A stretch of DNA of 64,000 nt from an uncultured Planctomycetaceae bacterium (GTDB lineage Bacteria; Planctomycetota; Planctomycetia; Pirellulales; PALSA-1355), in contig CAWAUV010000007.1 of assembly GCA_963785305.1 (NCBI GenBank), forward strand, positions 864,001 through 928,000. Direction: 5' to 3'. A model generated the notes under the pieces. That model worked only from the letters and a program-made list of their open reading frames with translations, had not been told where the DNA came from and searched no databases. Position 1 is the stretch's first letter, and every line of letters begins with the position of its first letter. This document shows positions 56,008 to 64,000 of the stretch, piece after piece. The position numbers and the translations under genes are program-made.

Positions 56008-58008
56008 TCACTCACCGCGAGCGAATTTCCCCGCCGCGGCCGATTTCGCGGCTCGAGCGGCCAGAAACGTGGTCATTGGGAAGAATGTCTCGCGGCCATG
56101 CTCGTTCACGATCGGCTTGACGCCCAGTCGCTCTTCGAGCTCGCTTTCGATCTGTTTGCCGTAGTCCTCGTAGCCGGGCCGGAAGATTTGGATTCCCCCG
56201 AACCCGGCGGCGGCGATCGCCTCGAGTTGTTCGTCGAGCGGCAGCTCGGCGGTGCGCATCTGCCACTGTTCGCCCTCGCGGCCGCGCAAGGCGCCGCAGC
56301 TCCAGCGCAGCGTGTCGGAGTGCAAGTAATAGCGAATGGCGAAATAAGCATGGTGGTTCAACACCGCCGGACTCTCGGGGTAACGCGTGAACGGCAGTTG
56401 ATACACCATGGCTCCGGCCGGCGCCGCGGCCTCGATCTTTTGCGTGAAGCGGTGATCCTTGTGCCACTGGCGATGCAGATGGCCGTAGTCGGGTCGCATG
56501 GTGCGTGGGTATTGATCCCAGAGTGCGAATGCCACCATCGCCGCGATGCCGGTGACCACGAGCCGTCGCGAGCGCGGCCGGTCTTGCACTCGTCGCCAGA
56601 GCCGATCGACGAGCACCGCCACGCAAGCCAGCGAGAGAAACGAGAGAAAGATGCTGATCCGGTTGTAGCTGCGAATCTGCGCCGAGACGAGCATGCTGAA
56701 GATCATGCCGAATCCGCCCATGGTGCCCAAGAGCACCCCGAAAATATTCAACACGCTCAATCCCTCGAGCCACGGCCATGCCTTGCGCCGAGACAGCAAC
56801 ACGCCAAACAGCACGAAGAAGCCGAGATTGGCGACCAAGCCCTGCGCGGCCCAAGCCCCTTCGTTGCTACGCACGGTTTCGCCTTCGTAGCGCCAGCGGA
56901 GATCGGAGAGCGGCTTGATCTTGTGGTCGGGAATCGGCAGCACGCTGGCCGCGATCTTATAGCCAAACCATTCGGACTCTCGTGGCAATCGGGTGGCGAT
57001 ATCGGGATTGGCGCCGTGGCGAGCCTGAAAGATCAGCGTGGGCGCGAGATTGGCCAGCACCGCGATTCCGGTGAGCGACACCATGAGCCCCGCTCCGGCG
57101 AGCGGTCGCCAAGCCCGCTGTCGCAACCCGGCCGCGAGTCCCGCGACCAGTAAGAAATACTCGGCGAAAAACGCGTAATACACGCCGGCCGACGCCTGCA
57201 TCACGCAGATCGCCACGGCAAATAGCCAACTGAGCGGTTCGTCGGCAATCGCGCTGTCGTTGGCGCGATCCCAGGAGCCGGTTCGAGCGCCCGCATCGTC
57301 GCTCGCGATTCCTCGCCGCGGCGCTTGCTTGCCAAAGGGCCATGCGTATCCGCCCTCATACACGCGCAGCGCCAAGAGACACGACAGCGGCACGACATAG
57401 TAGCAGGCCAGGAAGTGATGTCCCGTGAGCCGGTAAAAATGATAAGGCAAAAAGGCATAGACCAAGCTGCAGGCCAAGGCCGGCACATAGCTGATCTTCA
57501 TCGCCCGCAGCGCCGCTTGGGCCCCGAGCGCGGCGAGCACATAGGTCGAGAGAATGAAGGCGTTGGTGACAAAGACGATGTTGTGCGAGAGCAGGCCGAA
57601 GAACTTCACGATCATGAAGTTCAGCGATTCGACCAGCGGATAGTCGTGCATTTGCTGGCCGTGGGGAGCGCCGAGCATTGGGTTGTCGAGATACCAGCCG
57701 AAGTCGAGCACCGCTTTCCACCAGACCTGCACCATGAGCCCGTCGTTGCCGTAGCTCAAGGGCGCGGTGAAGTCGGCTTGCCAGAGCCGCTCGATATAGA
57801 AGAGCAGCGCCAAGGTAAGCGTGGCCGTGAGCGAGTATTGCCCCAGGGCCACGAGCCAAGCGTGCTCGCGCGGACTGCTCGAAGCACGGGCAACGCCGCG
57901 CGCCGAGCGGCGCCGGCACGCTGATCCGGTCCCAAAGAGTTCTCGCGACTTGCACAGCCGAAAGCAGAAACATCGGTGGGGTCCCCTAGCAAGAGTCGGA
58001 TGGGTCAT
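56008..58008 (-). CDS. Polytopic membrane protein, putative GT-C-type glycosyl/phosphoglycerol transferase
   Basis: Many TM helices, GWY..NP.LGAP.G....DYP, F.PYHF.R, IRSYNR, VYQLPF..YPE. Confidence 0.7.
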   Translation of the reverse strand: MTHPTLARGPHRCFCFRLCKSRELFGTGSACRRRSARGVARASSSPREHAWLVALGQYSLTATLTLALLFYIERLWQADFTAPLSYGNDGLMVQVWWKAVLDFGWYLDNPMLGAPHGQQMHDYPLVESLNFMIVKFFGLLSHNIVFVTNAFILSTYVLAALGAQAALRAMKISYVPALACSLVYAFLPYHFYRLTGHHFLACYYVVPLSCLLALRVYEGGYAWPFGKQAPRRGIASDDAGARTGSWDRANDSAIADEPLSWLFAVAICVMQASAGVYYAFFAEYFLLVAGLAAGLRQRAWRPLAGAGLMVSLTGIAVLANLAPTLIFQARHGANPDIATRLPRESEWFGYKIAASVLPIPDHKIKPLSDLRWRYEGETVRSNEGAWAAQGLVANLGFFVLFGVLLSRRKAWPWLEGLSVLNIFGVLLGTMGGFGMIFSMLVSAQIRSYNRISIFLSFLSLACVAVLVDRLWRRVQDRPRSRRLVVTGIAAMVAFALWDQYPRTMRPDYGHLHRQWHKDHRFTQKIEAAAPAGAMVYQLPFTRYPESPAVLNHHAYFAIRYYLHSDTLRWSCGALRGREGEQWQMRTAELPLDEQLEAIAAAGFGGIQIFRPGYEDYGKQIESELEERLGVKPIVNEHGRETFFPMTTFLAARAAKSAAAGKFARGE

Positions 58009-59119
58009 CGAACGGGAGATCGTGTCGGGCGGGGTTCGGGCGGATCGAGGCCACGGAACGCGCCATGCTGCTTCGCGACGGACCCGCGAGCGCGGCGCCC
58101 GCGAATTCGGGCAGGCGCGCCTCGGCCGATCGCGGCCTATCGCCGAGCGTCAAATCGTGGTCGAGGTCGAAATTCACTCGTCGCCGCTCGACCACCGCCG
58201 GACGTCGGCGCACTTGCGACTGAATCGCCATGAGGTATTCGCCCATGTAGCCCAGCACGAACAGAATCATGCCGGCGAAAAACACCACCGTGGCCAAGAG
58301 CGCGGGAATGCCGGGCCCGGTGAGCTCGCGAAAATAGAAAGCCGAGAGCCCCATGCTCGCCAAGCCGCCGCAAGCGCCGCCGACGGCCGTGAGCGTGCCG
58401 AAGAGCATGCACAATCGCAAGGGCGCCGAGGTCCAGGCGACGAGCCCATTGAGCGCCTGATCCAGCAAGGAGTAGAGGCGATTCTTCGAGACGCCCTTGC
58501 GGCGGGCTTTCCAAGCATGGGGAATGCCGATCGAACGAAACCCGCAATACGCGATCATGCCGCGCACATAGGGATAATAATCATCGAACCGCGAAAGCGC
58601 CTCGACCACGGCGCGGTCGATCAGTTGAAACTCGCTCACCTGCGGCGCCATGCGCACACTGCCGAGCCGGCTGACCGCTTGGTAGTACACATGGCGCGCC
58701 AGCCGCAGTAACCGGCCCTCCTCGCGCTCGGCGCGAATGCCATGCACGATGTCGTAGCCCTGCTCCCAGCGGGCGACGAAGTCGACGATCAACTCCGGCG
58801 GATCTTGCAGATCGGCCGCCAACAGCACCACGACCGCGTCGCCCGAGGTGGCCATGAGTCCGTTGTACATCGAGCGAAATACGCCGAAATTGCCGGCATG
58901 GAGAATCAGCTTCACATCGGGATCGTCGGCGGCGACGCGCTCGAGCACGGCGGCCGTGGAGTCGGTCGAAGCATTGTCGCAGAAGATGTGCTCGCGATCG
59001 TAGCCGGCCAGTTCGGTGGCGAAGAGCTCGCGCACCGCCCGATGGCAGTCCACGACGTTCTCTTCTTCGTTGTAGCAAGGCGTGACGATGCTAATGCGTT
59101 TGCGGCGCCGGGGAATCAT
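57986..59119 (-). CDS. GT2 family polyprenol-phosphate glycosyltransferase (GtrB-like)
   Basis: SIVTPCYNEEEN, DNASTD, ADLQDPPE, two C-terminal TM helices. Confidence 0.9.
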   Translation of the reverse strand: MIPRRRKRISIVTPCYNEEENVVDCHRAVRELFATELAGYDREHIFCDNASTDSTAAVLERVAADDPDVKLILHAGNFGVFRSMYNGLMATSGDAVVVLLAADLQDPPELIVDFVARWEQGYDIVHGIRAEREEGRLLRLARHVYYQAVSRLGSVRMAPQVSEFQLIDRAVVEALSRFDDYYPYVRGMIAYCGFRSIGIPHAWKARRKGVSKNRLYSLLDQALNGLVAWTSAPLRLCMLFGTLTAVGGACGGLASMGLSAFYFRELTGPGIPALLATVVFFAGMILFVLGYMGEYLMAIQSQVRRRPAVVERRRVNFDLDHDLTLGDRPRSAEARLPEFAGAALAGPSRSSMARSVASIRPNPARHDLPFDDPSDSC

Positions 59120-59218
59120 GCGGAAGTTCCTTCCGTGAGCGGAGGCTCGTCGGGTACGGCGAATCGGAGTGTTTGTTTCTCGGAGGTCCTTGGACTCGGC
59201 GTCTCGATGCATGTCGCG

Positions 59219-61571
59219 TCAGTAAGCATGAAATCGGCCACGGGGACCGCCGCCGCGCGAGGCGAGAGTTGCCCGCTCGCGAAGCGCCGGCGAGGGACGA
59301 AAGCTCCAGACCGTGACGCTGCCATCGGAGCTCGTCCAAAATCGCTCGAGGCAGTCGCTCGGATGCGCGGCGAGTGGCAGGTAGGCATACTCGACCAAGT
59401 GCGTCGCGCCGGTCTCGAACATCGCCGCGGCAAACGACTCGGAATCGGTCGCTTGCCACACCGAGTCGATTCGCGCGAGCCGGGCTTTGTTTTTTTCGGT
59501 CGGTGGGCCGGTGATATGGCCATCGATCCGATATTCCAAGTAGGTCCGCCGACCGACCACGCCGCTATAGATGCAACCGAAAGGATTGTGGTGCGTGTTT
59601 TTCGAAAGCAGCACGGCGTCCGATGGCAGCTCGGCGTGCATAAAGCGCAGCGCCTCCCATTCGGCCGGAGACAATGTGGTGGTGTAGCAGGCGATCTTGC
59701 GCCTGCAGGTCGCTGATGCCCCGCGCTCGCTGCCAGCCACACGCCGCCACTACCACGGCGAGCCCCAGCACGGGCGCCATGAGCCTCGCTCCGGGCCATC
59801 CCGCGGCGGAGAGCCGTTCGACGACGCGCTCGGCCGGGCGATGCGCGATCTGCCAGAATCCGATCACCGCGACCGGCAGCACATACCAGCCGGTCATCAG
59901 CAGCATTTGTCCCCCCACCGAGTAGAAGTCGTACGTCGTGGCGATGCAGGTCGAGCCGACGACCGAGCCGATGGTCATCCACAGCACCATGCCGAAAAAG
60001 GCCCAGCTTTCGCCGCGCCAATTCATTGGACGACCCACGCACCACAACGCCGGCGCCAGCATCGTGAGCCCGATCATGTCGAGCATCACGAACATCGAGG
60101 CCGAGATCACTTGCCAACCGTGGCGAAACAGGAGCGGGCTCGCATGCTCGCGCAGCCACTCGCGCACCAGCTCCGCGCCCGGCCACGCTTGCAGATAGGG
60201 CACCGTGTGCATGATGTTCGTCGAGTGAATCAGCAGTTCGCAGGTCTCGGGGTAATAGAGCGGCAGCCGCATCTCGGCCACTTGCGCCCCGGCGGCGACA
60301 ATGCCGGCGAGACCGGCCCAGATCAAACGGCGATCGCGCGTGCGCAGCCAAGCGATAAAGAGCAGCAGCAACAGGTCGGGCAAGATCAACAGAAATGTTT
60401 GCACCCGAAACCGCAGCATCGCTCCGGCCATGAGCGCCGCCAACAGCGCCAAGGCGCCCAGCGGCTCGCGGCGCGAGAGATTGATCGAAATCCGCGAGAT
60501 CGCCAGCATCAGTCCAAACACGACCGGTAGGGCGCAGTACATTTGCGGACTGCAAATCACGGCGGCCTCGACATTGCTCGAGGCATGGGTATGCCAAGTG
60601 AAGTAGAAGTATCCGAGCCCATTGGGCAGGAGCGGCTCGAGCGGAATCGCCAGCAGGAAAGTCGTCGCCACGGCCATGTATCCCGCGGCTCGGCGATGCG
60701 TGACGCCTTCGACGATCGCGAAGATCAATAGGCACAAAAACAGCTCGACCGCCGTGAATTCATGGAGCGAAAGCGCCCGCAACATGTCGTCTTGCCCCGT
60801 GTAGCGGGCCACGAGCATCACGGTCAGATGCGAATACATGTGATAGGCGCGTTCCTTGATGCCGGCCCGCATCGACTGCTGCATGGCCGGCGTTTGCCGG
60901 GCCAGCTCGTAGCTTTGCGCGGTGAGATACGTGACGTCGCCGTGGGTGGCAAGCCGATGCGAGCCATCGGGCAGGGTCTCGAACGGGTGCTTGTAGCGCT
61001 CCGTGGCGAGCAGGCCGAGCGCGATGAGCAGGAGCAGCGTGGCATCGAGCCGGCGCCAAGCGCCGCCGAGTTTCGCGAGCAGCGCCGACCGGCCGGGCGA
61101 GTTTCGGGTGTCGGCGGCGGATTCAAGGTCGGCGGCCGTCTTGCGTCGCCATGCGATGGCCAACGAGCCGATCAGCAGGGCGGCCTGGGCGACATAAAAC
61201 ATCCGATCGAACCCCGGCGCCCACAGCGCGACCACGGCAAAGGCGCCATAGAGCGGCGTGGTCAACGCATAGCTGGCGGCCGCGGCCAACACCGCGCGAC
61301 TGAGCGGATCGTGAACCCGACCGCGAAGAACCAAGTAAACCACCGCGCCCGCCGGGGCCCACAGCGCCGTGAGACCCAGGCATGCGCGCGCCGCCTCGCC
61401 CGGGCCGACCTCGAGGTCGACCAGCGTGGTCCAAGCCAGGGCGGCCAGGGCAGCGGCCACGGCCACGACTTTGAACGCGCTTTGCAACGAGATGCATGGG
61501 GGCATGAAACGTGGGCTTTCCGGGCAGTCGCGGGCGCCGGCGCCGTGAGGCATTTTCCGCATTGGAAGCAC
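59219..61571 (-). CDS. Large polytopic membrane protein (GT-C-like); frameshift at ~59690
   Basis: More than 10 TM segments in 59565..61571. Soluble C-terminus (LS.AEWEAL.F....LP.DAV.L, GRRTYL) in 59219..59740. Confidence 0.65.
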
Positions 61572-62141
61572 GAGCGCGGCTCACTTCGTCGCGAGCCACT
61601 TCGCGCCGTTTAGGCAATGCGCGCGACGCCTCGAAAAAGCGCCGCCGAGAAAAAACTCACGAACGCGGGACGTAACAGGTCGGACAAATCGCGGGGTTCG
61701 GTGGTTTGAATCGGCAGGAAGTTCGCGCGCTTGACGGCCATGTCGCCGGGCAAACGCGGGCGGGATCATAGGCTCGATGCCTGACCAGAGCAAGCTCGAT
61801 TCATGCCAGCTTGAGTTCCGGAGTTCCGGCGATCTGGGCGAGCCAAAAGAAATGCGACGGATCGCAAGCCTGGGGCCTATCACTGGCTGGGTTAGCGAGG
61901 GCTTCCGTGATTCGCTCGGCGCAAAACGGTCTGGGCCGCTCGCCCTAGACCGGAAGAGCCAAGATTATCCGGGCTCCCCAACCCCATCCGTGGCTAATTG
62001 TCGGCCATATAGAATTCGTAACCAATTGAAGTATAACGATTTAAGGAATTTGTCCAATCAATGTTGACAAATCGCATAATAATGACGAATATAATCAACA
62101 TGGTGATGTTTATTTGAAGGGTCGAAGTCGGAGGCATTCAC

Positions 62142-63167
62142 ATGCATACGAACGTTAGCCAGTTTCTATTCGCGGCGATTCTCGCAACCAGCGTCATCCC
62201 AGCGACGGCGGTGTTCGGCGCCGACGGTCCCCCCCGGACTGTCGAATTGCTCAATGCGTCGTATGATCCAACACGCGAATTGTGGAAAGCGCTCAACAGC
62301 CAATTCCAAAAAGAATATGAGCGCGAGACCGGCGTTCGCGTGACCATCAAGCAGTCGCATGGCGGCTCTTCGAGTCAGGCCCGGAGCGTGGCCGAGGGAC
62401 TCAAGGCCGACGTGGTGACGCTCGCGTTGCCGACCGACACGGAGACCGTGCGCCGCGCCGGCTTGATTCAAGACGGATGGCAGTCGCGTTTGCCCAACGA
62501 TTCGCTCCCCTATTTCAGCACGATTGTGTTCGTGGTTCGGGCCGGTAATCCGAAACATGTGAAAGACTGGCCTGACTTGGTTCGCTCGGATATCGAGGTG
62601 ATCACGCCGTCGCCAAAGACTTCGGGCAATGGCAAGCTCAGTTTTCTTGCCGCTTGGGGTAGCGTGACGCAACGCGGAGGCTCCGAAGCCCAGGCGCGAG
62701 CCTATGTCACCGAGTTGTATCGCCGTGTTCCCGTGCTCGACACGGCGGCGCGCGGCTCGACGGCCACATTTGCCCAGAAAGGAATCGGCGATGTGCATCT
62801 TACCTGGGAGAACGAGGCGTGCCTTGAAGTCGGCGAGTCGAAAGGCGAGTTGGAAATCGTTTACCCGCCGATCAGCATCCTCGCCGAGCCTCGCGTCGCG
62901 GTCGTCGATCGTGTCGTGGATCAAAAGGGAACTCGCAAAGTGGCCGAAGCCTATTTGAAATGGCTGTACACTGAAGCGGCCCAAACGACGATCGCGGAGC
63001 ACTACTACCGTCCTTCGAATCCGGCGGTGCTAAAGGCCCATGCGAAGAATTTTCCCGCGATCCAATTTTTCGCCGTCACTCAAATTTCCAAGGGCTGGGA
63101 CGACGCCATCCAGCGCTTCTTTAGCGAAGGCGCCGCGTTTGACCAGATCTTCGACGCTAGTCGCTGA
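62142..63167 (+). CDS. sbp: Sulfate ABC transporter substrate-binding protein
   Basis: LLNASYDPTREL, QSHGGSSSQAR, PKTSGNG, LDTAARGST.TF, GDVHLTWENEA. Confidence 0.95.
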   Translation: MHTNVSQFLFAAILATSVIPATAVFGADGPPRTVELLNASYDPTRELWKALNSQFQKEYERETGVRVTIKQSHGGSSSQARSVAEGLKADVVTLALPTDTETVRRAGLIQDGWQSRLPNDSLPYFSTIVFVVRAGNPKHVKDWPDLVRSDIEVITPSPKTSGNGKLSFLAAWGSVTQRGGSEAQARAYVTELYRRVPVLDTAARGSTATFAQKGIGDVHLTWENEACLEVGESKGELEIVYPPISILAEPRVAVVDRVVDQKGTRKVAEAYLKWLYTEAAQTTIAEHYYRPSNPAVLKAHAKNFPAIQFFAVTQISKGWDDAIQRFFSEGAAFDQIFDASR

Positions 63168-63304
63168 GATCGGCGAACAGCTCGTTGCGATCGGGATGGT
63201 GACGCGCTCGATGAGTCGCGCTCCGCGTTTCGCGCGAGTTGATGGTCGCGGTTCCAGTGCGTTGTCGATCTGAAAATGGAAAATCAATCAGGAAACAACA
63301 CGCG

Positions 63305-64000
63305 ATGAGCAAACGCAATCGACGCATATTGCCCGGTTTCGGGCTTAGCTTGGGCTATACGCTCTTGTACTTCGGTCTCATCGGTCTGATGCCGCTGGCC
63401 GCCTGCGCGCTGAAGGCGGCGTCGCTTACGCCCCATGAGTTTTGGCAAGCGGTATCGAGCAAACGGGCCGTGGCTGCTTATATATTCACGGTCAAATCGG
63501 CGTTCATCGCGTCGCTCGCCAGCGTGGCTTTGGGACTATTGATCGCGTGGTCGCTCACGCGTTACGAGTTTCCTCTCAAGCGAGTTTTCGATTCGCTCGT
63601 CGATCTGCCGTTCGCGCTGCCGACGGCGGTGGCCGGGCTGGTCTACTCCCAGATTTACGCTCCCAAGGGGTGGATCGGGCAATTTCTGACGCCGCTGGGC
63701 GTCAAAGTGGCGTATACCCCCTACGCCGTATGGCTGGTGCTGACTTTCCTGGGGATTCCCTTCGTGGTTCGATCGCTGCAACCGGTGCTCGAGGCGCTCG
63801 ACGCCGATGTGGAGGAGGCGGCGCACTTGCTGGGCGCCAATCGGTGGCAGACGTTTTACCGCGTGCTGCTCCCCGCGATTCTTCCCGCGATGATCACGGG
63901 TTTCGCCCTTTCCCTGGCCCGCGCTGGGAGAATACGGATCGGTGGTGTTCGTTTCGGGAAATTTCCCCTTCAAGACGGAGATCGCGGCCGTTTTGATCGC
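63305..64000 (+). CDS. cysT: Sulfate ABC transporter permease CysT (partial, runs off the window)
   Basis: Manual translation: MSKRNRRILPGFGLSLGYTL...DSLVDLPFALPTAVAGL...PFVVRSLQPVL...EEAAHLLGA. Confidence 0.93.
   Translation, partial: MSKRNRRILPGFGLSLGYTLLYFGLIGLMPLAACALKAASLTPHEFWQAVSSKRAVAAYIFTVKSAFIASLASVALGLLIAWSLTRYEFPLKRVFDSLVDLPFALPTAVAGLVYSQIYAPKGWIGQFLTPLGVKVAYTPYAVWLVLTFLGIPFVVRSLQPVLEALDADVEEAAHLLGANRWQTFYRVLLPAILPAMITGFALSLARAGRIRIGGVRFGKFPLQDGDRGRFDR

Noticed and set aside
1..64000. Widespread pseudogenisation or programmed frameshifting
   Set aside because: Single-base indels hit many unrelated genes (ilvA, DEAD helicase, kinases, USP, NtrC) with no shared slippery motif. Sequencing or assembly error is more parsimonious; read-level polishing is needed to confirm.

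Overview
GC-rich bacterial DNA. The gene content suggests a Planctomycete of Pirellulales type (inference from the PVC-type dehydrogenase/heme proteins, a planctomycete-like BON protein and the REP-like palindromes). Many genes, including conserved ones, carry single-base frameshifts, probably long-read assembly errors, so I reconstructed genes across frames. Layout: (1) 1-7.9 kb, ThuA/NPCBM/PVC dehydrogenase, CxxCH heme protein, threonine ammonia-lyase and a QEGLA/DUF1704 protein. (2) 8.1-11.8 kb, a decayed TIGR04255-small ORF-Fic operon with an IS1380-family insertion. (3) ABC-F, a sugar-binding protein and a methyltransferase. (4) 16.2-32.5 kb, an accessory island and the most interesting part: a tandemly duplicated promoter + secreted beta-propeller/IPT gene + phage-fibre-like (S/A)HAEG-repeat gene module (copy 1 hit by a second IS1380 and truncated), then a 214-bp x ~5.6 non-coding structured tandem array, a sulfotransferase, a Trp/Cys-repeat + Ser/Gly-tract + GT25 fusion, and a lectin-like/GT-like gene. 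(5) rpmF-fabD-fabG-acpP-fabF-dapA. (6) 38-47.6 kb, a globin-coupled kinase to ANTAR signalling cluster with USP, BON, DHOD-like and sigma-54 activator genes and two candidate sigma-54 promoters. (7) YbjQ-repeat and membrane proteins, an AAA ATPase + DUF4276 putative defence pair, an IS remnant and a DEAD-box helicase. (8) A GT2 + two GT-C-like membrane glycosylation cluster, then sulfate ABC genes sbp-cysT (partial). I recognised no rRNA, tRNA or CRISPR array.
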